From Oikopleura dioica (taxonomy: Eukaryota > Animalia > Chordata), in assembly GCA_907165135.1 (NCBI GenBank), contig OU015566.1, forward strand, positions 13,764,001-13,828,000: a stretch of DNA of 64,000 nt, given 5' to 3'. The notes beneath the pieces are model-generated. The model searched no databases. It saw only the letters and a list, made by a program, of their open reading frames with translations, and was not told the DNA's origin. The first letter of the stretch is position 1. Every line of letters starts with the position of its first letter. Below are positions 24,360 to 37,956 of this stretch, in pieces. Both the position numbers and the translations under genes were made by a program.

Positions 24360-27300
24360 ATGGTCAAGCTTAAAAAAGAGCTTGGAAAGCTCGAGTACCT
24401 ATCCTTGGTCTCCAAGGTCTGTACCGAGCTGGACAACCATCTGCAGATGGATGATAAGGACTTAGCAAAGGAAGGTTTCAAGATTTTTAATGAAAAAGAG
24501 AGGGATAATTTGCTCCTTGTTGATCATTTGAACGATGATTTCGTCGACCTATCTTGAAATCATCAAAGTTCGTGATCGAGCTCGCCCATGAGCACCCGAA
24601 ATTCGAGTTGTATCGCCAAAAACTCATCGAAAACGGCGCCGACTTTTCCGGCGTCCTGATGCGTTCGATATTCGACCTGGTTTATCGTATGAAACAGATC
24701 GCCAAATCCGGCGATGCTAAAATGATCGAGGATGTCGTGAAGACAGTCGATCCAAAAATGGCGGAGAAGCGCTCCAAGTTCAGCGGCTTGGCGATTCCGG
24801 ACGATCCGAGCTTTTCGAAGAAGCTTTTGCAAACGGAAACTGAAGCTGCGGCGGAACCAGAAGCTGATGTCGATGATATGATGGCCGCTCTAGAAGGGTT
24901 GGCAGCGCCGCCGCAGCAAGAAGAGGAAGAGATTGCGCAACTTCCGGACGAGCCATCTTCAAAGTCATCGTCTCGGAGACGAAGCCGCTCTCGCTCACGA
25001 GAAAGAAGGCGGCGTTCCAGATCGCGGTCAAGATCACGAGAAGATCGAACTAAAAGGAGGCGTAGATCTCGCTCCAGGGACTCACGAAGAAGAAGATCTA
25101 GTAGATCACGTTCGAGGGAGCGAAATCGCAGCGGAAGAAACCGAGAGCGAGAGCAACTCGATAAAGAACCGCAAGTTGGAAAAATCTATAGCGGAAAAGT
25201 CACTTCTCTAAAGCATTTCGGCTGCTTCATCACGCTCGAGGGGTTGATAAAACCGGTCGAGGGCTTGTGCCATATTTCAGAGCTCCGAAATAACGAGCGA
25301 GTGAATGAAGTATCAGATGTTGTTGCCCGCTTCCAGCAGGTCAAGGTCAAAGTCCTGAGCTTTTCTGGAACGCGTACTTCGCTGTCGATGAAGGACGTGG
25401 ATCAAGCAACCGGCGAAGATCTGAATCCAGATCGATCGGGTCGACTTCTTGCTCGTCCGGAAATCCCGCAAACCGCGAACTCATCATCCGGCGATTTGCT
25501 GATTCGAAATCCGGATAATCCTCTCCTCGATCGTAACACCAAAAGCACAGACGATGGAACCGCTCCTGGGAGGAATAAAACGGTCGCGAAATTGTCGGAC
25601 ATGGATCGCTGGGAAATAAAACAGCTGATTCAAGCGGGAGCGATCGACGCTTCCGAACTTCCAGAGTGGGACGAGGATACGGGCTTGATCTACGATCCAG
25701 ATGCGGAGGAAGACGAGGATGTGCAAATCGATCTGGTCGAGGATGAACCGCCGTTCTTAGCCGGCCATACGAAGCAATCAGTAGAGCTGTCGCCAGTTAG
25801 AATCGTCAAGAACCCCGACGGCTCGCTCTCTCAAGCGGCCATGATGCAGACTGCGCTAAGCAAGGAACGAAGAGAGATGAAAATGGACCGGAAGAAGAAC
25901 GAAAATAACGAAGAAGCGAGCGATTCGCGCCAGTGGAATGACCCGATGAAGAAGGGACAGTCCTTCGACAGGGGCTCCGGGGGACCAAGAAATCAAGACA
26001 TGCCCGAGTGGAAGAAAAAGACCATGGGCGGCGGCGGAAAGGGCTTCGGAAAGAGAACGAATTTGACGATCAAAGAGCAGCGGGAAGGACTGCCTATATT
26101 CAAGCTTCGAAAACAGCTCCTCCAGGCCGTCGAGGACAATCAGATTTTGATCGTTATTGGCGAAACTGGCTCCGGAAAGACAACGCAGATTACGCAATAC
26201 CTCGCGGAAGAAGGATTCTCAACTACTGGAGTTATTGGTTGTACTCAGCCGAGAAGAGTAGCTGCGATGTCTGTGGCAAAACGAGTGGCGGAAGAGTGTG
26301 GGGTCCAGTTGGGCCAAGAAGTCGGGTACAGCATTCGATTCGAAGATTGCACGAGTCCAGAGACGAAGGTCAAGTACATGACAGACGGTATGATGCTCCG
26401 AGAGTGTCTTGTAGACACAGACTTGTCGCGCTACTCCGTGATTATGTTGGACGAGGCGCACGAACGGACCATCCACACAGACGTCATGTTCGGATTGCTC
26501 AAGAAAGTCATCAAAAGACGCAAAAATCTGAAACTGATCGTGACCTCGGCGACACTCGACGCCGTCAAGTTTTCGTCATACTTCTTCGAAGCTCCAATTT
26601 TCACTATTCCTGGTCGCACCTTCCCCGTCGAGATCATGTATACAAAGGTAAATTGAGAACTTCAAAATAGCCGAAATAGCCAAGTTTCAGGGTGTTCGTT
26701 GATTTCTTAATTTGAACCTCAAAATCAAGTGTTTTTATTTCAAAACAGTGTTGAAATTGGAATATTCAGGAACCAGAAACTGACTACCTCGATGCCTCGC
26801 TAATCACCGTCATGCAAATCCACTTATCGGAGCCTCCCGGAGACATTCTTCTCTTCCTCACTGGTCAGGAAGAAATCGACACGAGCTGCGAAATCCTCTT
26901 CGAACGAATGAAACAGCTCGGCCCTGACGTTCCAGAACTCATCATCCTTCCTGTCTATTCCGCCCTGCCGTCAGAGATGCAGACTAGGATCTTTGAACCG
27001 GCCCCGCCGGGGTCAAGAAAGATCGTCATCGCTACCAATATTGCTGAAACGTCACTGACAATTGATGGAATCTATTATGTCGTTGATCCTGGATTTGTTA
27101 AACAAAAAGTCTACAATTCTAAGACTGGCATTGATCAGCTTTTGGTGACGCCCATTTCACAGGTGAGCTGGTTAAATACAGTATTGTCTTTACTGTCATT
27201 CATAGGCACAAGCGAAACAAAGAGCAGGTCGAGCCGGAAGAACTGGTCCTGGCAAGGCTTACAGGCTTTATACTGAGCGAGCTTACAGGTAATCCAAATA

Positions 27301-28576
27301 AAAGATCACCTCACAGCTGATAAGAGTTCCCGAAACAACCCTAATTTCAGAGATGAAATGTTGCAAACAAACGTTCCAGAAATTCAACGAACCAACATGG
27401 CTACGACCGTCCTTTCCCTCAAAGCCATGGGCATCAATGATTTACTAGCGTTCGACTTCATGGATCCCCCTCCGATGGAAACATTAATCACAGCCATGGA
27501 ATCGCTGTATCAACTCGGGGCGCTGGACGATGAAGGCTTGCTCACGCGTCTTGGGAGGAGAATGGCCGAGTTTCCCCTCGACCCAATGCTTTGTAAAATG
27601 CTGATTATGTCCGTTCAATTGGTGAGGGATCAGCGGGTCTGAGGGTGATTGAAAGATGATTTAGGGCTGCTCCGATGAGATTTTAACGATTGTTTCGATG
27701 TTGAACGTTCAAAACGTCTTCTACCGTCCGAAAGAAAAGCAACAGGTCGCCGATCAGCGCAAGTCTAAATTCCATCAAGCGGAGGGCGATCACCTTACCC
27801 TGGTAATTGACTATTTATCTACTCGATAACTGACTCAAAGTGTGATCTTTCAGCTGACCGTTTATAACGCTTGGAAGAATAACAAATTCTCGAACGCGTG
27901 GTGTTTTGAAAACTTCATTCAAGGTATGTTTTTGACTTTCTCAATTTTTACGTCAATTATGAATCTGGAAAATATCTTCATCTTTTTTGAGACTGCTTAC
28001 ATGAGCTTTCCGTAAAAAAAGATCCGGAATAATTGTGTTATATAAATCCGGTATAAGGATTTTTTCAGCCCGAACACTGCGTCGATCTCAAGATGTGCGG
28101 AAGCAAATGCTGGGGATTATGGACAGACATAAGCTGGAATGCGTCTCAGCCGGAAGAAACACTGCCAAAGTTCAGAAAGCTATTTGCTCGGGATACTTCC
28201 GTCACGCTGCTAAACGAGATCCACAAGGTACTAACGTAGAAAAACGTAAATGAAACCCATCCTTTCAGACGGCTACCGTACTTTGGTAGACCAGCAACAG
28301 GTCTTCATCCATCCCTCTTCCGCCATGTTCAACCGCCAACCGGACTGGTGCGTTTATCACGAGCTCGTCCTGACCTCGAAAGAGTACATGCGAGAAGTGA
28401 CAGCAATCGACCCCAAGTGGCTGGTCGAACTCGCCCCGCGATTCTTCAAGGCGGGCGATTCAACCAAACTCTCGATGCAAAAGAAGCAGCAAAAGCTCGA
28501 GCCGCTGCACAACAAATTCGAAGAGCCAAATGCATGGCGTATTTCCAGAGCTTTTGGTCGCCCCGGTCGTCGATAA
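24360..28576 (+). CDS. DHX8: Pre-mRNA splicing DEAH-box helicase Prp22
   Basis: N-terminus [20 protein letters not shown]-rich region, S1 domain ([14 protein letters not shown]), [29 protein letters not shown]2/OB-fold C-terminus ending [10 protein letters not shown]. Confidence 0.97.
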
Positions 28577-28850
28577 AATACCAATACCGGAATTAGAAAA
28601 AATTATTTTTAGCCACAACTTGTTCCATTTTCACTGCGAAATAAAAGGAAATTCACATGTTCAAAATTCAGCATTTTCAATCATCAAAATTTGATCGAAA
28701 AAGACGCTCTTGAAGGACTTTCTCAGGGCAAGCAGGTCAATACCAGGTACAAGACTAACTGAAAAGCAAACAAACAAGTGGCTATCACGGAGGCCGGGGA
28801 AGGTTCCAACTTTCGTCCCCTTTTAGAAGTGAAAGAGAGAAATACTGAGG

Positions 28851-29694
28851 ATGAGGTTATTTGCTGCTCTATTGGGCGCTTCTCACGTGAAAGCTTTCGA
28901 TGTAGATGAGCACGTGGAAGGGTACAGGCACGCGACTAAATACGTAAACCAACACCCAGGCGCGGATGGAAATATTCCATGGAAATGATCAGAGCAAGAA
29001 ATATACTCGCACGTGAGAAGTTCATTTTTCTACTTTATTAACATCCGCAAAAGACCAGTTTTCCTCCTTGATTTCACGACTTGATGACGCTGCTTTCCTG
29101 ACTCGCTGGAACACGTGTAATACGAATGGGGATGAGATCCTCGACTTCCAAGAGAACCAATCTTGTGTCCGAAGAGTAGCAGAAGCATATGGCTTCCAAG
29201 ATTCACTCGGAGAGATAATGCAGCAGATGATGTCGGACGCGGAAATTCGCAAGTTTTATGTAAGAAAAACACAAGATCCTTTGGATTTGAGCTTGTTCAG
29301 GGAGGATACTATAATGCTGACAGAAGTCAAACGTACGAACAGTACAAGCATACAGAAGGCATGTCAGTCCTAGCCGGAGTTTACACGATTTACTTGGTCC
29401 ACGACTTGAATCAAGACAATTTCTTGAGCCCGAAAGAGCTCGGAGCCGCCTGGGAAGCTGGAAAAACTCGACTTCATATCAATCCCGAAATGGAAGCCTG
29501 GGTCAACGCTAATCGCGGACAATACAAGTATGATCATTCTACTTAATCTTGTTGAAAAAATTCTTTTCAGGAGACTTTGGGGAATGTCAGATACAGATGG
29601 AAACTACAGAACTGCGAATATCCTTGAACTGGCGAACTTTCAACTGGCGACTAGTCAACTTGCTTTTGAGCATTTTATACTTCACGAAAATTAG
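28851..29694 (+). CDS. Secreted small EF-hand protein
   Basis: Signal-like start MRLFAALLGASHVKA; EF-hand-like loops NTNGDEILDFQE, DLNQDNFLSPKE and DTDGNYRTANILE; last exon ends ...HFILHEN* at 29694. The 5' splicing is uncertain. Confidence 0.6.
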
Positions 29695-29791
29695 AAATAA
29701 GAAAACTGCAATAAAGAATGATTTGAAGAAGAATTTGATGAAAAGTTATTTTTATTTGAACATTTTTTTACAAAAAGGGGGAATGGAAAAT

Positions 29792-30310
29792 TTACAGAAA
29801 GCCGAAAAACTTAACCTTTGAAACATCCTCTTCCCAAGCAACGAAATCTTCATCGGCAAAATCGTTCAATTCTGAGCTTGACCGAATTCGTGTCCATTCA
29901 AACTTGTCGTTAGGGCAAACCGCTGGGCAGAAGATTTCTTCGACTTCGACTTTGGCGAACTTGTTCTGGATCTTTGACTTGATCTTCTTGAGTTGAAATT
30001 TCTTCTTGAGAAAGTTGGCTGAGGCGGATTTTCGAAGCTGCTTGGTTTTGGAGACCTTTGGAGTCGCGGATGGTTTTGGCGGATGGACGGAGAGGTCTTC
30101 GGGAATGGCGAGCATGGAGAGTCGGGAAATGCGTCGATCAACTTCTTTTCGGACGAATTTTGCGGGATTGGAGACGCCGATGGATCGTCGAGTTCCTTTG
30201 TTTCGCTGGAATTTCATGTTTTTTGAGTGTTGTTGTTTTTTGATAGTTTGATGATGGTTGCTTCTTCCGGTCTTGTATTTATGTGATGGAATAACGAGAT
30301 CTTGCGCCAT
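29792..30310 (-). CDS. Hypothetical Lys/Ser-rich basic protein (172 aa)
   Basis: Uninterrupted ORF with ATG start and biased composition; no recognisable domain. Confidence 0.45.
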   Translation of the reverse strand: MAQDLVIPSHKYKTGRSNHHQTIKKQQHSKNMKFQRNKGTRRSIGVSNPAKFVRKEVDRRISRLSMLAIPEDLSVHPPKPSATPKVSKTKQLRKSASANFLKKKFQLKKIKSKIQNKFAKVEVEEIFCPAVCPNDKFEWTRIRSSSELNDFADEDFVAWEEDVSKVKFFGFL

Positions 30311-32818
30311 CTAGGATCCAGATGATTTACAAGAAAAAAGCAGCAGGCGGTCGATCAGCTGGTCGCAATTCCGATTGTTCTTCCGGGAATTCATTTGTGT
30401 CCAGCTGAAGCAGTGTCAATATCAAACGCAGATCGGAATCAGTCCTGGTTGATAAGGATCAGTATTGATAGACCGAAGAAACAGATTTCCGGGTGTCAGG
30501 ATGATTCATTATTGAATGCAGAATTTTAAGTCTTCAGCAAATTAATTTAAGCAATATCTCGAGTTTAAATATTGGCAGGCAGCCAGGCGCATGGTCCGAG
30601 CAACTAAGTTTTTAGCGGGATCGCCCGAAGCTCCGGTTTTTCTAGTTTGAAAACTGTAAAATTTAATAAAGGTGATTTACAAAATGAGCTTTTTTCGCGT
30701 TGGAAATGAGGTCAAAATTTGAATTTCCCATACTCCTAACTCCTAGCTTTTCGAACCTCCTAATGTCTGTGCTGATTTCACGGCAAAACCCACAGTTCAA
30801 CTGGCCACCAATTTTGCCGAAAAAAACCGAAAAAAAAGAAGATTGATGCGTTCGAAACTTTGACTTGTTATTGTTTGTTTAGAGCGTTTCCAATCATCAT
30901 GTTTGAAGTGTCTTTCCTGGGACAATTTTGTTTGTGCAATTTTTCATTGCTTCAAAAACATTCTCGTCATTGCTTTTTTTGGTTTATCGCATCGCTGTGG
31001 GATACCAGAGCTCTTATCGCAATTTACGGCGGAAAAGAAAGTGGGCGTCGTCAGCAAAAGTTTCGGAGCACAGAAACCGCCCTGAGCTCTTAAAATCTTT
31101 ATCAATTCAGCGACTTCCAATTTCCAGTCTGGAAAAGAAGACGAGAGTCACGAAACGATGTTACCCACTTACTGCTCTTGAATTCCAAATCGCAAAAAGA
31201 AAATTGGCGTGCGGATTTTTATGACAGAAAGTTTGACTTCATTTCTCGTCATTTTTGTTTTTTGACAAGGATTGTAGATTCTACAATGTAGAATAAATGC
31301 CGATCTTTTGGGTTCAAGATTGTCAATAAAACTCAAAAATCTAGGCCCTAGATTGTCCTTTTCTTAGATCAAAAGACAACAAAACAATATTTTATTCAGC
31401 AAATTAATTTTCCCCAATTTTTTCTTCTTGCAAGAATTTTGGTTCGAAAGTCTTGCTTTTTTGCTGAGAAAAGTACGAATTAGTGCGTGCTTGTACTTCC
31501 CGCCTAGGTTCTAGGTCGTGACGTTGCATATTTCTGCCAGCTTGTAATTTGTAGCGAAGTTTCATGTTTCTACCGTGCGCAGTGCACACATTGATTTTGA
31601 TTGAGAAAACTGGGTGCTTATCAAGCAGAGCAGCCCGGGACCGCAACTGGGAGGCGCTAATTTCTTTTCTTGAAAACGCCCTAGACCGCCGAGGCTCTTT
31701 AGGCTGAGCTCCGCTCCGCTTTCGTGTCAGAGGATTGACACCACCCGCGGCACCAAGGGCCTTGGTGGAGATACAGCAGATCATTCCATCGCCCAGTCAC
31801 AGAGACTCTTAAACAAAACAACCATCCTCATCCCCATCATCATCATCATCATGTCATAACCCCGATTGAGATTGTAGAAAAAGAGAGAGAGAGAGAGAAA
31901 GAAAGAAGGGACAAGAAGAATGAGCGAATTTAGCGAAATATCACAAGAAATAGGAAAAGGGAGCTTGTTGTTTTTAAGATTAGGGAGCTTTAGGGGATGA
32001 AAACGTGGCAAAAAGGAAGCTATTTTTCCAAAAACGGAATTTTTTCAATCAAACGCAGATTTTGAATGAAGAAATCATCTGGTTTTCCTACTTTCTAGAT
32101 GAATAAAAATTTGGTAAAAGATGGTGAAGGGTATCCTCTTCATTATCGCTCCTAAGAAAGGGGTTTTTGAGGAAACTTAAGGGTGTCAAAATCAATCTGG
32201 AACATTTCAATGACTCATTATCTGAATCCAACTTTAACTCTTTGTCTATAGAATATGCTAAAATTCACCGTGAAATTTCATCTTTCAAAATTCAGTCACC
32301 TTTGAATCCCTGCATCCTTGTCAATTCCCATTTCCCGCTTTTGATTCAACTTGGATCCCTTTGAATAAGTCGAGGACGAAGAAGTAGCTGGAATCACGGA
32401 AAAGAAAGACAACGAAAAACAAGGTAAAGAAAGCTGAAATTCAGCCGGCTCTGTCTAACCGACTGCGGCGTGATTGAGTTAACCTGACGAGTGTAATTGT
32501 AGATGACCTCGAAAAGCTGGTCCTCAGTGCAAACTGTGGCGGTATGCTCGGGCTGCTGCAGGCTAGAACGTGCGCAAACCCAAACACCGCCGCCGAGGAG
32601 GTGAACTATTTCAAGGCCTGGGATTGGAAGGCCTGTAACGTCGCGCATGCACCACCCGCGGACGGGTTCATTAACTTTCGCAGACAGTAACAAATCGAAC
32701 TTTTACAGTAATTTAAATAAAGAGCCATTTGATCAAATTCAAAGCAAAAAAAGGGGCAGAAAAAAAATAAATCAGGAAATAAAACTGAAAATTTTTTTTA
32801 TGGAATTAGTCGAGTGAC

Positions 32819-33982
32819 GACATATGCGGTCAATCTTCGGGGTAGGGATCCCGAAGAATAGACGATTTTAAATACGCTCAATCTTCGGGGTAAAATCCCG
32901 AAGAGCTACCAATATAAAGTGCGGTCAATCTTCGGGGTCTTGAAAATCCAGAGACGAAGAATAACCGATGCACAATGCGGTGATTCTTCGGGGTAAAATG
33001 AGTGTTTTCGAGATCGTCGAGTGCTTAATTTCGCTGCCGCGTTATCGAAATTCCTATCATCCGCCCGCCTTATGAATGTTGCTATCAGCACGATTTCTAA
33101 TCAAAAAACCGAAAAAAAAGAAGAAAAAAATTTTTATTGAAATCAAGGAAATGGTCCGTAATAATATGGATTATCCTTCAATTATCATAACTGAAGGCGA
33201 CAGAGAGATTCTCTTTCACCAGTAGAACGCTCTTTCCAAGTCGATAATCTACGAATGTTCTCAGCTTAAAAGTATCTTAAAGTATCCTTCAAATTTCTTT
33301 TTCAAAGACTTTTTTCCCATAAAAAAATTAAAATCATAGTATTTGCTAAAATAAGGTTAGGGTTAGGGGGCACCTTCAAAAATGACGGAACAAATTACCC
33401 GAGGGGGATAGGCTAGGGTTAGTTAGGGTTACCGAAGGTAACCCTAAGTAACCCTAGACTAGACCCCGGCATCTTAGGACCGAGGGGCGGAGCCCCGAGG
33501 TAAAGGACATTCAGATTTGATAATTTTCTACTGTTGAAATAGTTTACTATACTTTACTGTTAAAAACTTTCAATAAGAGAGTTGTTAATTGGCTTTCAAT
33601 CTTTAGGACGAATTTTTTATTCGAAAATCCCTCAATTTAGGTCGGAAATATCGGCCAAATTATTATTCATTATTATTCATTCATCAATTTACTGAAATTA
33701 ATAACATCGGATTTCTATTTGTTTGATAGTTTTTCATAGCAGGAATAACTATATAATAATTAAATATGCTGATCGTTTATAAGTATTCATCTTCAAACTT
33801 TTTTTGACCCCGAAGATTCACCACAATGTTGATCGGTTATTCTTCGTCTCCGGATTTTCGAGACCCCGAAGATTGACCGCATTTTTATCGGTAGCTCTTC
33901 GGGATTTTACCCCGAAGATTGAGCGTATTTAAAATCGTCTATTCTTCGGGATCCCTACCCCGAAGATTGACCACGTATGACC
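32819..33982. mobile_element. Non-autonomous MULE-like element with about 170-bp sub-repeated TIRs
   Basis: TIRs built of GCGGTCAATCTTCGGGGT units at about 32821-33000 and 33805-33980; 9-bp direct repeat TCGAGTGAC at 32810-32818 and 33983-33991. Confidence 0.75.
33337..33503 (+). repeat. About 167-bp dispersed repeat with TTAGGG-like motifs and a 3' GGGGC-NNA-GCCCC hairpin (copy 1)
   Basis: Close reverse-complement copy at 42651-42819. Confidence 0.8.
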
Positions 33983-34988
33983 TCGAGTGACACCCTTAAT
34001 TTCTTTTTCCCAAAAATCCCAAGACAGACATCTCGTGGAAAAAATTTCCGCCTTCGGCCGCGCACTCCTGTTCGAAAACTCGCCAAGCGTGATGTTGGAG
34101 ATGTTGCTGCTCCGTCGACTTCTGAAGGAAAGGTTCCAACATTCATCGAATCCCTAGTTTAAAACCCTTAATAATTCCTTATCAAGCCTAAAAGATAATT
34201 GGACGCAAGATTTTTTGTTATTTTTGTCAAAATAAGCGTCGATTTAAGAAGCATCAACGTGGAACCCTTATCTTTCAGAAATTAATGAAGCTGTCAGTCG
34301 ATTTACAACGCTTCTAAGGAAAGGGGCTAGAATTGATGATTCATCAAATTTTCCGCCGTTTTTATCAAAAGAAGAATATGTCAACAAGACCGATAAAATT
34401 ATGAAAAAAAGCTATCTTTTCGGACCGAAAACGATTTTTCCGATTCATTTTTCCGCTAAATGGCGCTGTTTTTCATCAGCCAATCAGATCAACGAAAATC
34501 GTACATGTTCGCTTATCTGATTGGTCCATCGCCAACCCTTTTTTCTCATGAAAACTTGGCTAAAACACGCCTTGGAAGCATGCAAGCCCAGTTTAATTTT
34601 CTTATCAGCAAATTAGCTGTGCGCTATCGAACAAGATATGCATTGTTATAAAAACTCCAACATAAAAAGAGCCCCAACAAGCTCTCGCCCAGCTTGAGTA
34701 GTTTTATCAGCGCCAGGATCGGCAAAGTTCATTAAAAACAAAAGTAGAACCACGAACTCTTAAAACGATTTGTCATGGTGGTTGCTTAATTTTACGGGGA
34801 TCCAGGGCAGGAGTCAAATATAGTTCGCATTTTGTGTTGCGATTTCGAGTGGCTACGAGCTTGGAATGATGAAGGTTTTAGATGTCAAAGAATGAAAAAT
34901 GGATTCTTTGACATCTAATAATTTTCAACATTTCAAAGCTGAAATTCTTAGCTTGAGGAATATCCATTTTTCTGAATAAACCAATCAT

Positions 34989-35417
34989 GGTCGCAAATTA
35001 TTGACTAGGCTAGGCTAGCTTAGCTGACTTGAAAAATAAATTAGACAAATTGTCTTTTGAGTTTATTTAGACTAAGCTAAACTTAGCTGAGCTACCTGAT
35101 TTGTCCTTTTATAAAGCCAATAAAGGCTCAGCTTAGTTGAGCAAAATTTGGCTAAGCTACTAGCTAAGCTTAGCAAAGCTAAAATTTTGTATGAAAAAGG
35201 AATTCAGCTAGGCTAACTTAGCCGTAGAAGATTTAAGAGTGCAGCTTAGCTAAGCATAGCTTAGCTTAGTTTAGCCTAGCTTAGCCTTGATTAGCCTACC
35301 CTAGCCAAGTTTAGCCTAGCCAAGCTTAGCCTAGCCAGACTTAGCCTAGCCAAGCTAAGCCTAGCCAAGCTAAGCCTAGCCAAGCTAAGCCTAGCTTAGT
35401 ATATTTCAACTGCGACC
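34989..35417. repeat. GCTAA/GCCTA-rich repeat with short inverted ends GGTCGCA...TGCGACC (probable MITE)
   Basis: Dense AGCTTAG/AGCCTAG arrays; short TIR; no clear TSD. Confidence 0.55.
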
Positions 35418-35640
35418 TCCTTATTTTTAGTCCGAAGTAGTTTTTCGATGGGTTAATGCTGTGCACTTTAGTGCCCACGAAATATTAAAAGGAAGCGATA
35501 TTATTTTCGACGTAATAAAAGCCAAAATACCGGCCATTACGGAAAAAATATCGCCCCAATTCACCAGACAATTAGAATCGGATAAGTCGGCGGCTATAGA
35601 ATATCGAGATAATCCGGTTCGCGCCCCCTGAACAAGTCCG

Positions 35641-37437
35641 GTGGTGAAAGATGAGACGCTTGCGCGTTTTCTCGTGGTCGGCTACAAATTCTCCTCGCCA
35701 ATGGCGCGGGCGATCGAGGTGCCCGTGCTCGAGTGTAACGATGACATCAACGATGACGACCTCGAGTCGGACATTTGCAATGAGTGTGTCTTCTGCGAGC
35801 GGGACCAAGTTCGACACCACCGGACAAAGAAAAACGAGCACACACTCATGCGAGCCTTGAGATCTCCCTGCCGCTGTAGTCACGAAGAAGAGCACAAGAA
35901 AAAGAACTACGATGGACTGGTCAAGGACCCGACCCCAGTGCTCGAAGAAGACAAAGAAATAAAAGTCGAAAATGGAACCGACCATAAAAATCAAGAGAAT
36001 CAGAACACTAATACTCCTGCTAACAGTAACTCCAGAGCTGCAACCTCCACTTCTTCAAGAAAACGCTGCAACCACGACAACTCCGAAACATGTGCAAAAC
36101 GAGTATCCGTCATTATGTCCAAGCCGAGATCGACCAACGAGGGCGACACTGGATTCAACACTGGTTCAAGGTAGTTTTACTAACCGACATCCTTCTTTTT
36201 CCTAGTCATTAACCAATCGTGGCAAATCTAAAATCTTGTTCTCTTCGTTGATTTCAAATTTAAGATCTGCTCTCTCTGTTTCTTCCTTCACAACTCCTGT
36301 CCCCTCTTCACAAAGTTATATTAGCAAGAATCCTCCTTCATCATCTCATCAAAACCATCACCACCAGCACCAGCACCACCATCACAACCATCAAAATCAT
36401 CAAAATCACCAGAATCGCCAGAGAGATCAGCAAAACCACGCTGGAAAAGAAATTTTACCTCGGCCAAGTGCTCATTTGGACCAAAATCAACAAGCTGCTA
36501 TGCAACGAAATCATCAAAACCAGCAAGTTCAGCCTCTTCCAAGGCCACAGTTCAAAGTAGAACCACCTCAGGAGTTCCAACGAACGCCTATGCTTCCTCA
36601 TTTTCCCCACGGGCACAGGTACTCGTCCCTACAAAATACCCCCAAAACCTCGCTTCAGAATGGGGCACCCAAACTTCAATCAAGCTATGCAACTGATGCA
36701 GCAGCAAAACTCGCTCTACAGCCAGCACCAGCAGCAAATGCCCGCCCAGCGTGCCGATAGCGTCCAAAGTATGCCGGCGTACTTGTCCAGCTATCGAATG
36801 CGCGATTCTATGTCGCAGATGATCCGCCCAGATCATCCGATGAATATCAAAGTTGCCTTCAATAATTTAGGTATTTCAGAGTAAATGGAGCTTTTTGTTT
36901 ACAACTTTCTTGAAATTACTGATAAAACTGGTGAATTCTAGCGCTAAAACTCGGAATATCGCGGTCAATTCCAAAACATACAGAACAACAAGTGACCGAC
37001 CTTCTTCAAATTGCTTGTGAAGTCAGAAGGGATCAAGAATGCGACTATTTCTTCTGCCCATGGCAAGGTAAATATCACATCATTTTCACCCCTTTTTCTC
37101 CTTTCTAGAGTGCCCCAAGTTCTTCAATCGGCGCGACTCGCTCGTCCGCCACCTTCGAGTCCACGTGGATGTTCGATCATTTCAATGCGAAAAATGCGAC
37201 CAGAGATTTCTTCGCTCCGATCATTTGCGGTAAGAAACATCGAAAAAAGCATCAACTAACAATTCTAGGGTTCACATGCTGAGGCACACAGGAGAGCAGC
37301 CATTCGCATGCATCGTCTGTGGAAACACTTTTGCTAGAAAAGATTTGAGAAACAGGCATATGAAAGCGACGCATTACAAAAATGAACGGCCGCCGCAGCG
37401 TGTACTAGGAAATGGTTTAAATATCTGTGAATTCTAG
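35641..37437 (+). CDS. EGR-like three-finger C2H2 transcription factor with His/Gln-rich region; 5' end uncertain
   Basis: Spliced fingers [82 protein letters not shown], matching EGR spacing. Confidence 0.8.
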
Positions 37438-37956
37438 CGCTCGTTTTTGAGTCAATAAAAAACCAAAATAAGACCTGTTGGAAGGCGCGAGTTGGGACGA
37501 TATTCCGATTTAGAATGGAAATTTGACAAGTTCTTCAGTGAAAAAATACAACTTTTAACTGACAGACATTTCTAAGGTGTGCTAAATTATCTGTAAGTTA
37601 TCTACCTGTATCTATTTATTGAATTCACATTGCATATGTTAAACTGTATTTGTTAACTTATCTGCGCTGATTCGTACGTTTGATCTTGCCTTCAGTTTTG
37701 CAATTTCAGATCAAAATAAAATAAAAAAAAATCATCGAGGTCCCTTTCTTTGCAAATATGTTCTTGGTTTTCTGTGCTAACCGAGCCTTACATCGGGTTT
37801 GGAAAGATGAATGAGAAGTACTGACATTAAGAAAGGAAGAAGAGCGAAGACTCAGATGTCAAAGTGTCAGACAAGCAGTCGTGAAGACTATTCCAACATT
37901 CCATTTTTTACCGTTTTTATCTTCATTGATTTTTTTTCTACCAGAGACCTCTCAAC

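Noticed and set aside
22570-29694. PHB1-DHX8-EF-hand co-directional run as a trans-spliced operon
   Set aside because: Spacers of about 355 and 275 bp are longer than typical Oikopleura intercistronic gaps; there is no SL evidence from sequence alone.
31404-32693. Minus-strand ORFs of 126 and 99 aa
   Set aside because: No recognisable motif or convincing exon chain; could be exons or TE debris, not supportable.
32821-33000. Repeat-spacer-like pattern resembling CRISPR (also 51088-51284)
   Set aside because: Eukaryotic context; the units are TIR sub-repeats or a minisatellite mirrored or enclosed by TE ends; no unique spacers or cas genes.
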